A stretch of DNA of 64,000 nucleotides. Origin: Azolla caroliniana. Lineage: Eukaryota; Plantae; Polypodiophyta. Of this stretch, positions 24,501 through 39,100 are shown piece after piece (positions within the stretch are counted from its first letter, which is position 1; every line of letters begins with the position of its first letter). A model generated the notes under the pieces. The model was not told where the DNA came from. It made no database searches and worked only from the letters and a program-made list of their open reading frames with translations. The stretch is from NCBI GenBank assembly GCA_043228905.1, contig JBHGNT010000004.1, forward strand, positions 24,738,001 to 24,802,000, in the 5' to 3' direction. The position numbers and the translations under genes are program-made.

Positions 24501-26915
24501 CATGCCTCATTTAGTCCAACAATCAGATCAACCTTAACTACTTCCCAAAAAATTTCAAAAAAATCTTTTGATAATCCATCGATGCCTGGACAAGATATAC
24601 TACATATACTTGCCAGAGCGTCTGACACCTCCTCTTCCAAGAGTGGCCCTGACAACTTAACTTGTGCAACCTCTGAAATTCTTGGTTGCATTCCCTCAAG
24701 TACAAATTCTGGCAGTGAAGGTTGGTCTGGGAGACTAAAACTATTTGAGAGTAGCCCACTATAGTGAGATGTGACTGCCTCCATGATCTCTGATACATCT
24801 TCTGACAGTGACCCATCGTCCTTAATCAGTTTAGGATTGAAGTTATCGTTTGTGCTCGGTTTTTTAAACTTAAAAAATTGTTGGTTCACCTTGTTCCCAT
24901 TCAGCTGCTAAACTCTTGAATACCATCTTATTTCTTGACATAATCAATCGTTGTAGTGTTTCTTTAGCAGCCTCCAGACCTGATCTCGACCATAGGCACT
25001 TGGGATTTTTCTGAAGCATTCTTTGGGCAGCCACTATCAATCTTCTTAATCTCACCTCTCTTTCCGTAGACCTCACAATTCTATTTTTAGTCTCTTCATG
25101 CAAATAATTTGAAGTTTCAATAATCTTTCCTCGAAGATTATCCAATGCACCACAACCAGCTAGATTATTTTCCCATATACTCATTATCTTACTTCCCACC
25201 TCCACATCCTCAAAAAGCTTACTACTAATCCTCAAATTGCAGTCCCTTTTTTTTCGCCTCTAATTGACCAGTGTAATCGTAACCAGCATGTGATCAGAGT
25301 AAGCTGACCCTGCGATGATTTCAACATTGCTGCCATATTTTTCCAGTTCCGAGCTTATGTATATTCTGTCTATGCGAGACATACAATAGCCATTTATATT
25401 GCAGCCTGCTCTTGAGAAGCATAGCGAGCTCCGAGTCTTTTTAAGTAAATACCAAGCATCTTTCACTCCCATTCTGCCCATCAACAAATCCCATGCAACT
25501 AACTTTGCCCCCTGCACCACCGTATGCATGCCCCCCACCTTGTCCTCTGTGTGCATAGTCATGTTAAAATCCCCTACGAGGATCCATGCATCTGCTATCG
25601 GCCAATTGCCTCCAAAAAAGGGCCCGCATCGTTGTCGAATTGGGCGCGTACACATTTATTATTCCAATGATGCGTTGTTGCCATTTGACAGTCACATAGA
25701 TGGCACGTCCCTCCACGATGGTGCCTTGGCCCACAACAATCATATCTGGATTATTCTTGATAGATGTACAAACACCCCCTTTTCTACCATGCTCACCCTG
25801 CGCTAGGGTCCAACCAAAAAGTATGCCAATCCCCCGCAAGAGGATTGCCAATACTCAAGATTCTGTTCGCACTCAAATGGTGCTCTTGCAAGAGCAAAAT
25901 GTCTGGGATCCCCTTAAAGCTAGGGGATTTGAACACTTGGCGGAGGTTCTTCCTCTCCAACATACATTTGCTACCGCCTAGACCTTGTATGTTCCATGTG
26001 ATTAATTTCATGAGATCAATTGTGAAGTCTTCCAAGCCGGACATAGTCCCTCCCTACGAGCCCACGCCCAACCTCCCGCCTTGATCCTCTCCCATCCTAA
26101 AACAACATCTTGCCTTGTAGCTTCTGCCATTTCCTCCTCATGGAAGTGCAACACCTCATCGAGGGAGTCTACCGTCTCCTCTAGGCATAGTAAAATCTGT
26201 TTTTTAATGTAAGAATTATCAAAACTCCCACATATCATTCCAGCATTCAGCCACGTCAACATCCAATTATCTCCATTCTAGGTGATAGGCAGGCTGTGAA
26301 AATATTTGTGTGCCTTGACTTCTATAAAGTTGGAGATCCGTGGCATGTTATTGGTTGTAACCTCTAGGTCTGTTAGATCAAAAGAGAAGCCTATAGCTGA
26401 CAACTTATTTCGTTCAGCAACAACTACATAAACCCTTAGCCCTAGAGCTTCCCCATGTGACAAATCAGTCAGTCTTGTGAGAGCCTGCTGACTAAACCTA
26501 TATCCCTTGTCCAGCATGTCCCCTTCCAATATTTTTGACCTAACAAATTTGCTTGGAACTCTAACATCTGCCTCCTTACTTCCTTGTCCCAACGCTTGCA
26601 ACTTCTGAATTTCGGGAGTCACGATGGATGAGCTTTCTTGACACCTCCCATTACGTAACCAGTCTTTCATTGCTCTCAATCCCATACTTCCACTTTTGCC
26701 AATGGAGGAAGGGGAGCTCATGGTAGATTCTTGTCTAAGTGTTGCACTTTTTAACATGACCTCGGGTGTACATGCTACCACCTCTTCAACAATAGTTTTC
26801 CTTGAATCCTGTGCTAGGTCCTCCTCTTCTTGCAACACTTCAAAACGATTTCTCAAATCTACACGAGGCATATCCGTGTTTACTTCTCGTTGCAAGCCAT
26901 TTTTGAGTCCCAAAA
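21530..26915 (-). mobile_element. L1-clade LINE, 5'-truncated in ORF1, with full-length but disrupted ORF2 (APE-RT-zf-RVT)
   Basis: ORF1 remnant with NRFEVL (26278-26913). ORF2 MKLITWNIQGLG starts at 26011, with LLQEHHL, INVYAPN, VGDFN, SRIDRIY and SDH. RT motifs WRPITLLN, LDFEKAYD, IRQGCPLAP, YADD, YLG. zf-RVT CKICGHPLESIPHCFWNC. Stop at 21731. T-run 21530-21538 is the likely poly(A). No clear TSD. Confidence 0.93.
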
Positions 26916-27559
26916 CACGAGTATTTAATCATGTTACTATGATAAAGGATTAGTAATAGAGCGTACAGAATCGAGATTGAAAAACTTAGAAGTCATTAGA
27001 TAGAAGATAAGAAGAAATAATGAACAAATTAATTAATTATCAAAATCATTTCATAACAGAGATTCCCAATTATTAGTACAAGAGTCTACAAATGACTATA
27101 ATTGCCGACTATAGATGAAATTAGAATATGAGCTGTAGAAATTGTTACAATGGGAGAAAGACATTTTTGTTTGTATAGAATTCAACAAATTCTAAGATAT
27201 ACCTAATCGAGCCTTTTCACTTAACGTGTGCACAATCGCATCAATTGAAATAACTCGTGATCTTTAAGTTTTTTTATTGGTCTACTTTCTTTTGATATCA
27301 TTTTCAAATGGACATGGATCCAAACATTTTAAATAATTAGATAAGACATGAAACACATGAATCCTAGCATAACATTCCTTCCTAGTTCGATTTTGACATA
27401 CAAAAGTTATTTGAGGTTCATTTAATGCTCGAGAAGACATCTCTAAGGTAGAAGACTACTTTGAAGTCATGAAAGTTTCGTCACAAGAAAAAAGTGATAA
27501 TCTTTGAAACAATTCTAATTATTCACTGCAAAAAATTAACACCACCGCATAGCGGCATT

Positions 27560-28260
27560 CCCATTAACAAAGTATGAAAACAAAAAGGAGGGAAGAAGTG
27601 AGCACACTCCCAATACTAGTCGAAGGAAGAGGTATGTCATGCTTCAACAAGTAGCTTGCTATCTTTCCATTAGCAAAGGAGTGACATGAAACTGTATGAA
27701 GAGAATACGACATATTCCAAGTATGTGGAAAATGTGTAACTATTTTTTTCCATATATTTGCCATCCTCACAAATATTTTGTTCAAACGGCCTATCATTTG
27801 GAATAACCAAATTTTATTTTATTTTCAAGAAAAGTTCTTCATCCTTCAGTTTGAAGAAGTTGATAGATACACAACCCAACTCGAAAAGGTTTGAAACAAC
27901 CCTTGTGCTTCTCACTACAATATCCCAATTTTGCAGCTTATTTACCATGTCCTTTGCTTCACAAAAGCATGCCACATTTCACATACATGTCAACCAATGT
28001 TGCTCAGAATATCATTGCCCTTCAGAAATCCTGCATCACAACCCTCACATATATTTTTTGGCCCTTGTAAACTTCTCCCAAGTTTCCAAATGCTAGCATG
28101 CAATGATTTTCTTTTCCCTACGACCCCTATGTTGCCACATGATGCAAGCAAAAGTGAATGCATTTGGTAAGTAGCTACCAACTTGCATCTAGTGGAAACA
28201 ATTTAGTGCGTACATGGCCACATGCCTCATGTCGGTGGAGGAAATACCCAGAGTGGTGGT
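27560..28260 (-). pseudogene. Second degenerate PPR gene relic
   Basis: ASCGNIGVVGKRKSLHASIWKLG, then TLVDMYVKCGML (about 27965-28000) followed by EAKDMVNKLQNWDIV in shifted frames. Confidence 0.5.
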
Positions 28261-31200
28261 TGATAACCAAATCTAAATTGTCATTTCCTTAGATAAATAA
28301 AATGTAAATTTGCTTCTTTAGCTAATGAGAGCTTTTCAGGACTCAAACACAGTCCTTTAAACATCTTTAGGGTTGCTTCTTGCATTTAGATAAGTTATTT
28401 ATGTATGTTAAGTCTTAACATAATTAGTTTTACATGGTAAGCTCGGTCCATGTATTGAATGGAATGATGGTAAATTTGTGTGAAGTTAATGACTTTTTCT
28501 AATGTTTTAGGGCTAAGTATCAATCCGTCATTTGAATGCCACATTGAAACTTCCTACAAATCTTTAGCATTTAAATTGGTTGAGCTGATGTACTTATGAA
28601 GGTTATAACTCTATAACAACCAATGCTTTATCCAATTCATTGGTTTTTTTTTGTCCATGTACGATCTAGTTTTGGTATTTGTCATTATTAGTAAACACGT
28701 TCAAGAATGTTTCTTTACCATTTTGAAAGTAAACACAAATTTTATGTTCATTTATTTACTTCTCCTAGTTACATGGGTGTGATTTAATATTGTTACGTTT
28801 TGGACGAGTCTCTTAACATTTGACTATTAGATTGGAACATTGAGGGTTTTCATTGGATTCAAAACTATTGCATTTCCCAATATTTCAACTTTGGTGATTA
28901 GATGCAATCAAATTGATTAATTCTGTTACAGAGTCAACCCTCTTCTAAACACGTAATCAAATCACGCAAGAATCTCAATGTGCCTACTTTTAGTCAATTT
29001 CGTATTTGCAATTGGAGTAGATTGGTGACACAATCAAGTAAATCTGGAAACAAGAACATATTACAAGTCCCACAAAGAGGAGTGTAGCCTCATGGTTAGT
29101 AACTGTAATTGACTACCTACTTATAAAGGTCTAACTCTCATCCACATTTTTTCCCATTTGCATGACTTGTCCGAATATTAGCACTTTCTTGAATGTATAG
29201 TGTATTTTTTTTACCTTTCACTAATTCCCTTTAAATCTAGTAGGTCATATGCCTCATGGTGATCTTACCTATAATGTCTCATCTGCATCGAGACCTTAAC
29301 ATCTCATTCAAGAAAGAGAGAGATATTTATCAATGAAGAAAAGTATGAACTACACATTCTTATGGCATTCTTGATGTTAGGTTGGATTATAATATCCTAG
29401 TTCAACTCGTTATAAGCATATCTTAGGCTAGAATTATTGTATTCCACCTTTCTAATGGACTATATTGTTTCACTGTTATATGTTACCCCATCTCTATACT
29501 TTAGGCGCATAAACAAGAGTGCATCCTTATGTGTATAGGTCCTAAATTGAACATGATTGGCCCCTATGACAAATTTATTGTACCATCCTTGTTAAGTCAT
29601 CTCTTTGAATTTGATTAACCCTTCAAAACAAACTTGTCAAACCCATGTGATTTTAGATAAGAAACCCTCAATGAAAACAATCAATCATTACATCTCATTT
29701 TGCATCTTAGAATCATGCTCACTATTTGATCATTTCCTTTATTGTGACTAGAAGACAAAACTTCTTATAGCTCCTCTAGAACTTCATTGATTGTGTTAAT
29801 ATATGTGAGCTTGACACATTGACATGTGAATGATTCCTCTCATCTTGTTTTTATTGAAAATCATTCCGTTTTTTCCGCAACAATGGTTTATATTATGTCT
29901 AAAGTGATTTACATATACATAATACATGGACGTATTTTTCAACTGTTCTTAGGCTGCCCCAGACACACATATCTCCCAAAGCATAGCCAAATACAATACA
30001 AGATGTTTTTCTAGCAGTCCCTTGTCGATTTATCTTTAATTTGGAAATCATTATTGTGAATGTATCTTGTATTTGGAGTCTTCTCATATATCAAAAGACA
30101 TGGGTTTGTCTATAAACAATTGATCATTGGTGTACATGTTCTTTAACAAGAACAAGTAATACAACATGGTCTAGATATGTCCAACATGGTCAAGTTGCTC
30201 ATGTGATGAACTAAAGACATTACAATGATGATGCATTTGAGATTCCACCTCTTTTATAGACTTCATAAGTGAGTGTTCGATTGTTAACGAGTGTAATTGA
30301 TATAATTCCATGTTTAATCTACTCGGAATAATAAAATTAGATTATGAAGGCAATGTGTGGAAATAGTCATAAAACAATGCCAACATGTAATGTATAGGCT
30401 AGTTGTAAGATGTGTGAAGGTGTAGGAATGAGTTCATGCTTATTAATCTAGGTAAAAGTTAAAACAATGAAAAGGCATCAATTTGAAACAATGCCATTAC
30501 ATGTTTTCTTGTTGATGAATGAAAAAAGAAAGAAACAAGCCATGTGATTGTGTACATAAAATGTGGCACAAAAACTATCAACTAGAAATAATGACATAAC
30601 AAGTTTCCATGGGAGATGATGTGAACACAGTCATGTATTTGTATTTTCGGGCATGTTGATGCACATGATGGAAAAAGTGGCAGTTGTGGGTTGTGACCCA
30701 AGGGAACAAAGTATTAAATGCATGAGGGGACAAACAACAATTTCATATTCCAAGACAAAGCATATAATGGACAAAGAGATTAATATGCCCTAATGAAATA
30801 AGCCATTAAATACAAGTCATTGGCATCCACACAATGACTCTACATATCCAAAATTTCATGATGAGTACTTTTAGACCTAATGAACGGGTAGTGCAATTAT
30901 GTGGGGTGGTTGTTTTTCTTTGTGGAACATTGAAATTAGCTCCCCCCCCTCCCCCCTTTTTTCCCTCTAGTTTGAATATCTTACTTGATTTTGTAAACCA
31001 TTATTCTCTTTGCATGTTTTGGTCCTCGGCGACCCATGCAAATCTTTTGTGGAAAGAAAACCCTCATGTTTAATACCTAAAGAGTACAATATCCTAAATC
31101 GGGTCTCATTTATTTCTCAAGGGGTTGTCAAAATTGGAACCTTTATTTGTGACGGTTTATCAATCAATTCTTCAAAGTAAAAAAAGAGAGCCATTTATTG

Positions 31201-32188
31201 ATGTTTTCGTTTCATTCTCCTCATCTTCCATGGAATGACCTTTGTTATTTTTAATTCAACATTTCTTTCCTCACTTTTACAAATCCTTAATGACCCAATG
31301 ACTCTAAAAGGCAGGCATGTGAAGTTTTTAGCCTTGTTTTAGGAAAGTGAGAGAAAGTTCTAAATGTTATACATACTAGACATAGGTAAAGCCAACCTAT
31401 AAAGCCACTTTCCATCAAATGTTGTATGTTGAAACTTAAAATACAATCCTAAGCTTTTGCAAACCTCCACCAAATAGTGTATGATATTTTAATCTTATTG
31501 GGCTTTCAAAAAAGCAAAAGGCATGAATATACAAAGTACCGGTGATACCTATAAGCATGAGGTAAAATTTTTGAATCCTAAAAGGGCTACAATGAAGGTC
31601 ATTGTCTAGGAAAACAACCTACCTAGTATCTTGATATTAGCATGTAGGTGTAAGTGCATCAAAAACATCTACCAATAAGCCAATTGCATTTGTTATAAAG
31701 AACTAGTTGCAACAAAGATCAAGATCACAATCTTCAATGCATTAGGTGATGTTTGGGGAGTGTCAAAGACTTATAAGACTAGTCAAGGCATCCAATTGTA
31801 ACGTATGGTGTGCCACAACATTAGCACATATTATCTTGTGCTAACACTTGATGCCCAAGTTGGTGATGATTGGAGGTCATCAAGAATTACAAGATTGATT
31901 AAGGTGAACGACTATAACATGTAACGTGTAGGGTGTGAGGCAAAAATATATTGGATTGTGCGACAACTTTAATATTTATGCCCAAGATGTAAGTCTATAT
32001 AGGAAATAGGCAGAAAGGGCATAAACCTAATTCCCGTATACTACATTGGAGCTTCCTAGATATGAATAGTTCCTTTTAAATAGAAAACAATAATGCATCA
32101 ATATTCATACTTGGAGAATTAGACAATTTATTTGGTGAGAAGACATTCTAATATTAAGCTTGCTTGTAATATAACACATTCTCCGTAG

Positions 32189-32459
32189 TTACACCCTATA
32201 GTGTTTGAAAATGTTGTCATATAAGTAAGTTGGCCTTCCATGCATTTTGTACAACTTTCATCTAGACAATCATATGTCCATGTATTTGATAAGTCAAATC
32301 TCTTAGATTCCATTTTCCTTAGTTACAACTTACACCTATAGTGTTTGAAAATGTTGTCATATAAGTAAGTTGGCCTTCCATGAATTTTTACGACATTCAT
32401 CTAGACAATCATATGTCCATGTGTTTGATAAATCAAATCTCTTGGATTCCATTTTCCTT
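32189..32459. repeat. Tandem duplication, 2 x about 140 bp
   Basis: cctatagtgtttgaaaatgttgtcat...gattccattttcctt is repeated with a 140-bp period and few mismatches. Confidence 0.9.
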
Positions 32460-33699
32460 TTACCTTGATTTGGCAATTGCATGATCAATGTATATGTTGC
32501 TACTAATTGCAATTACTCAATCTTGATGCGGTTTACATCAATTTAATTTTTATCCAAGGTCCTCATGCTGAGTCTCTCTTGGGTTTTTTTTTTTCCCGAA
32601 GAGGCGCTACTTTCCCATTAGTTAGGAGAGTTTTTTACAAAAAGGCTTATACAATGTGGTTGTGCAACTCACAACAAATGTACTAGTAGTGTCGTTCATT
32701 AAAAAGAGACTCGTATATATATTGGGGTATCATCCCCTGACCACCTGGCCGAATCTCTCTTGGGTATTATTTTTTCTAGTAATTACTTTACTCATCTATA
32801 AAATTCTGTTTAGTATTATTCCCAGTTACCATTACATCTTAGAGCTCATCACTCGATCTCACGTATTCTATTTTTCAAATATTGGATTTCGTTGCTTTTC
32901 TTTTTCAAATACTTATTTAAAGTTGCTTTTCAATTTCTTGCATTACAATTGTTTTATATGAATATGTCTCGCATAAATTTGTGCTAGTTATGTAGTTTTG
33001 GAATGAGTTATTTATTATGACACCACCAAACTTCAAAATGCTTTACATTTGGAATGCCATACCTTTCTTTTTGCATGATGAGTAATAGGAAGTTAATGTG
33101 TGTCCCACATTAAAAATATAGAAGATGCAACAAATGCACCCTCTATCTCTATAAGGCGGAGGCATTTTGTTAAAGTGTTTACATTTCCTTTCTTCAAGCC
33201 CCTACATAGCCCTCCCTATAGGTGGTTGACAATGAAGGGTAAAGCCATTTATGAGAAGGGAAGTCATGACGGTTTTTGTGCCATTCACATCCACACTTGA
33301 CCAATGTTTGTAGTTGGTGAATTAATGAAGGGTGTTGAGATATCAAGCTCAACCACACACTTTATATGTGAGCACTACATTGGAGTCCACCCTTGTCAGA
33401 ACTGTAAGAGTAGATACTTTTTGTATTGTGTCGTGGATACTTTATGATATCTCACTCACTCTTCACCACGACAAGCCAACTTACGATTCTATGTGAAATA
33501 TGCATAAAATGGTTACTTGAAAATGTTATATTATTGGGCTCATAGGTCATATTTGATATCTGGATTCTGGAGACGATAACAAAATATGTTATCTATCTAA
33601 AAATCTCTTGACCTTCCTCTATCTCTTAATTTATGAAAACACATAATTATATTAACTGCATATAAAAAACACTGCATTAATACTACACATAATTTAGTT

Positions 33700-34620
33700 T
33701 TGCCATAACATGGGTAATATGACCCGGTGAATCGTAGATTAGACTTGTTTACATGTAGTTCTCTTCTAGTTGTAACTAATAACCTTCATAGACACTCCAT
33801 AGAGCAATGGGACAAGCTACTTGTGAGCACTTGAAAAAGTTGAGTTATTCCAAGAAAACTTTAATCCAACCTCATATCCTCCTTCATTTGTAGAGTTAAG
33901 GGACCTATAACAAAGATATGTTTAGAAACATTTGCCAAATAAACCCCCAATTAGATGGAATGCATAATCAACATTTGGCATCAAAGTTCAAGAACCTTTG
34001 AGATTCTACATCAACCACATCTCCCACCTCCATAATCCCAAGTCGAAATAATTGATTAATTTGAGATCATTATCTATCTTTACTACCCAAAAGAATAAAT
34101 GAGAGGGCTCTATTAATTCACTTTGTAAGGGATTACCTTACCCTTGACTAGATGGTGGCACCCACTTAAATAAAGAAAAGGCTTCTTGCTAGGACCCCAT
34201 TAATAGTAGAACACATGAAGAGCAATGCATTTAATTGGAAGACTTCATTCAATGGATGCAACAAAACTAAATGTAAGGCCGTCTTGTTCCATAATACATA
34301 ATCAACAAGTTACAATGCACATGAAATGGCTAAGATTGTGACTTCAAATACATGAACTCATCTCTTAGTTTACTAGAACTTTGGTCAATTAATTGAGTGT
34401 TTATAGCATTTCCCTCAACATTCCCCCTATCCATTCATGCCCTCCGCCTATCGTGAATCTCTGTGAATCTCGAGCCACTTTTGCAAAGCTTTCTCACTTG
34501 AGGACAAGCAAATGGATTATAGTGTTGCACCATGTAGTCATTGTAGTTGAATCATATGATGAGATTCCTCTCCTATGATTGAAGGTCATTATTGGTTGCA
34601 CTTGCTTTTTATACGAAATT
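33700..34620 (-). mobile_element. Very degenerate LINE ORF2 fragment
   Basis: Minus-strand FAKVARD (resembles AKVAW) near 34480 and LGIMEVGDVVDVESQRFLNF near 33985-34045. Weak evidence. Confidence 0.35.
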
Positions 34621-34739
34621 ATTTAACCCAGGTGTACCCATGATAGGCACATTGAATTCTCCATATATATATATATATGAAATAGAGCTTGTGGATATAA
34701 GGTTGGAGAAACATTCCACTTTCTTTTTGTTATAGCTTT

Positions 34740-35620
34740 GGCAATATCTCATATTCAAGCATCTTAGACTTGCCTTTGTTGGGTTAAGTGGGGTTGCGGG
34801 AGTCATCCACTCAAGGGTTCGGTAACTAGTTCACATATTCTAATTTTGATCTAGCGTGAACGCTACACAAATGCTGACTAAGTTGGTAGTTTGACGGATC
34901 AACAATGGAGTAGCTCTCCCATGCTAGTCAAATCTTCATCGAGGCCTAAGTGGAATTACCAAGCACCTAGGTGGCTGTTTCCATCGATGGCTCCCAATAT
35001 TGTACAAGGGTTGTAATTATGTATGTATAGCTAACACAAACATGCGTCAGGGAGTTGTAGAGTTGGGGTAAAATAGGGTTTAATTCAATTTTGCTTGAGT
35101 TAAGGATTGGTTGAGTTTTTTTTGTTGTTTTTGGTTGATAGTTTTGGAGTTGTTTCTCCAAGTTGTATATGTTGATCCCATTGTGGATTTGGATAAACTT
35201 TGTTGTATTCTATTTGCTAACTAATGCGAAGTAGTGTTTTTTTTGGAAAAAAAACAATAGACTTTGCGAAGCAACATCATCTCCTGGAGCAACCTACCAT
35301 TGCATTGTCAAACACAAAGGTGGAGTATAGGGGCGCAATGGCTGCCCCATGTGAGGTCGTTTGGCTTAAGAGGATCTTGAAGGACTTCACTTCAACTTAC
35401 ACATAAGTGAACCAATGCACATCCTCTTCAAATATTTTACTACCAACCTATTTTATTCATCACATGAAGCACATTGAGGTGCATTATCACTACATTAAGA
35501 GTTGATAATATTGGGAGACATGGATCTCGAACATATCTTGGTGTGAACAAACTTGAGCAAGTTTTTATGATATTTAATATCATGATCATACGAAATGTCA
35601 TATTTTGGGGGGACTTGAAT
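34740..35620 (+). mobile_element. Ty1/copia RNase H remnant
   Basis: YTNAD*VGSLTD (resembles YTDADWAG) at about 34864, QPTIALSNTKVEYRG...CEVVWLKRILKD, HMKHIEVHYHYI, and a G-run resembling a PPT at 35607. Confidence 0.7.
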
Positions 35621-36164
35621 AAATAATCTCCTCAATATATATCATAAACCTTATCCAACATTCACATATGACATTGTAATGTTTTGATTTAATTGTAATA
35701 TTCAACATTAAAAGCACCTTTTATGATAGTTATGTGTGATCGCCAAGCGCAAGTATGTAGGGAGCATGGTCAAGATTAGAGGTAAGCTTGTAGTTCTGAT
35801 TCTTCTTGCCTATGACCTAATTCCTTTTTGGTGTGGGGTAATGGTCTGTTTGGGTAGCATTTAAAGGACCAACAAATGTCATGCCTCAAATCAAAGCATA
35901 CTTATTCCTTAGTAATAGCAACTTTGTTGCGGTCCCACTATGGTGGTTGTTAAGTATCTCTTGTATGCTTCATTTGCATGTCATTGTTTGGAGAAACAAT
36001 GTAACAATGTAGTGAGAGAGAGAGAGACAAAGAGAGCCAATAAATTTTTAATTCGAAAAGGAAGATAAGGAAATGGAAAAATAAATTTGTATTAATAAGA
36101 GACAAGATTCTAAGAGTGCGTGGAAGACTTGAGTTGAACCAAAATCGTCTAGAAATGAAATAAT

Positions 36165-39100
36165 TGTTGGGAATATGTCCCTCTAGTGGGTGGAGGAACC
36201 GACTGTCCAGAAGTTGCTAATAGTCGATGACTACGAGGAGTCGACTGATCGGACCAAGGAGTGCCAATAGTTGAAGATAGGGAAGATCTGACTGTTCGGA
36301 AAGCTAACAGTCAAAGAGTCGAAAACAGTGAGTCGACTATTTGATAGTTCGACTATTATTATTATAGTAATAATAATAATCATACATAGCAGAGGCTACA
36401 TTTGTAAATAGCCCATATAGTGTATAAGTATAAATACACTTAGGGCAAAACGTGAGAAACACAATTGTAACATTTTGTGTTGTATATCCACTATACATAG
36501 TGAAGCTCTGTTCCCGTGGTTTTCTCCCGTTTTAGGGTTTCCACGTTAAATCTTTGTGCACCATTGCTGTCCTTTCTTTTTTTGGCATATCTATGATTCG
36601 TATTTCAGCACAATTCGTTTATTGTGATTTGACCGAACGATTTCTCAACAAAGTGGTATCAGAGCTTGAGGTGCAAGCATGGAAGGAGGTGTGAGCAGTT
36701 TCCCAGGTATGATAGTTCTAAACTCATAGAACTATGCAGACTGGAAGATAAAGATGGAAGACCTCCTCATCGTGAAAGACCTGCACGAGCCAGTCGACAG
36801 AGCACACATACTCGAGGGGGTATTGGAGTTGGATTGGAAACTTCTAAACAGAACGGTAGTGGCCAACATCCGACATTGCATCGACGTAAGTGCCCTTCAG
36901 CATATGGCGAACGACACAAATGTCCACAAAATGTGGCAGAAGTTGTCAGGTCTATATGAGAGGAAGAACGCGTTCAATAAAAACTCGTTGATGAGAAAAA
37001 TCGTATGGCTGAAATACAGAGACGGTGAGAGCATTGTCAAACACATCAACACATTCATGGGGTATGTAAATCAACTTGCTGCGACCAAGTTTCCCTTGGA
37101 TGATGCAATGTAGGCCATCCTGCTAATGTGAACAGAGGAAGAGACCGGCAAAGAAGAAGTCCGCAATGAACAGACAAATCCCACGCCAGATCCAAGTCCA
37201 GAGGTAAGCCTGTGTGCTTTTATTCTGGAAAGCCTGGACACTTCCAGAAGGATTGTTGACACTTAAAGAAAGATAAGAGTGTCAAAAATAATGTCGAACC
37301 CAGGAAAATTCTTGATGAGAAGAACACTTCGGCCATTGCTACGAGCAATGAAGAACTCCTATTCATTTGTGAACAGACGAGTGCAAATCTTGTAAGTGAA
37401 GATTGCACGTGGGTGATTGATTCCGGGGCATCGTTCCTCATAACTCCGTCGAGAGAGTATTTCTCGACTTACATAGTCGGGGATCATGGCTATGTAAAGA
37501 TGGGTGACAGTGGAGAGTGCAGGGTAACCAGAGTCGGAAGTGTTTGCTTAACGACGTCAACAGGGTGTCAACTGACTTTGAAGGATGTTAGACACATCCC
37601 CGATATAAGATTGAATCTGATATCGACTAGAAGGTTAGATGACGAAGGCTATAGTGGTAGCTTTCGAAATGGCAAGTGGAAGTTCTGTCAAGGAAATCTT
37701 ATAGTGGTCCGAGCACAGAAAGAAGGCACATTATATATGATGCATGCCCAACCGTGCAAATTGGAAGTAAATGTGGCAGTCGACTCGGCAAGAGAAATAT
37801 GGCATAAGAGGCTAGGCCACATGAGTGAGAAGGGAATGCACCTGTTAGCAAACAAGAAACTTCTACCAGAAGTCAAGGGAGTGCACGTGGAGAAGTGCGT
37901 CGACAACTTAGTTGGAAAGCAGAATAGAGCAACATTCCACACAAGACCACTGAGGACAAGAGAAGTGCCACAAGAACTGGTACACATGGACGTGTGCTAT
38001 GTGGATGCTCCATCGCATCGAGGTGGACAGTACTTTGTGATGTTCATTGACGACTATAGTCGGAAGACATGGGCCTTTGTACTGAAGTCGAAGGATCAAG
38101 TACTGTCAGTTTTCAAGGAGTTCCAGGCTAGAGCTGAACGAGAGTCAGGTCGGAAGTTGAAGGCTGTTCGAACCGACAACGGTGGCGAGTACAGAGGGCA
38201 GTTCGAGGAATACTACAAGTGCCAAGGTATTCGGATCGAATACACAATGCCAAAGACCCAGAGTTGAACGGGCTTGTAGAGAGGATGAATCGAACAATCA
38301 TGGAGAGGTTAAGGAGCATGCTCACTCATCCTATTGGGTTGAGGCGATGTATACAACTATTTATATGATAAACAAGTCTCCCTCAGTACCATTAAAGGGT
38401 GATGTCCCACAGAGAGTGTGGACATGGAAGGATGTCTCCTACCAACACCTGAGGGTGTTCGGATGTTTGGGGTATATGCATGTACTGAAGGATCAAAGGT
38501 TAAAGCTCGATAGTAAGTCGAAGGCATGCATATTCATGGGATACTCGGAAGATGAGTTCGGCTATAGGCTATGGGACCTAGTCGACAAGAAGGTAGTGAG
38601 AAGTCGGGATGTAGTCTTTCTAGAAGATAAGACGATTGAAGATGGGAGGCAACAAAAGTCAGAATTGACTCCCTAGTCAACCTAGACTACCATCGACTTA
38701 AGGCCAAGTGAGTCGTCACCGACAGTTGTAAGGAGACAACTGGCCGATAGAGCCAAATCTGAGTCGATTGACTCAGAGAGACCGACTGACTACGAGTCAA
38801 AGTTGGCAGAGCTGCAAAGGTCAATCGATGAATATGAGTTGGAGTTGTCCAACTAGGAGAGGCCGATTGACGAGCAGAATCCCGAGCAGAGAGAAGAGTT
38901 GGCAGAGACATCCGAAAGAGAGCCAACAACAAGTGGAAGAAGATACCCACTCAGGGAGAGGAAAGCACCGACTACATATGCCAACCAATACATCCTCTTG
39001 ATTGATGAAGGTGAACCGGAGTGCTATGAAGAAGCCATTGCCGACGAGCACAGAGCGAAATGGCTGAGCATGATGCAAGATGAGTTGGAATCCTTGCACG

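Noticed and set aside
29079-29145. Weak tRNA/SINE-like A-box (TAGCCTCATGG) and B-box-like motif
   Set aside because: B box too degenerate, with no cloverleaf, tail or TSD.
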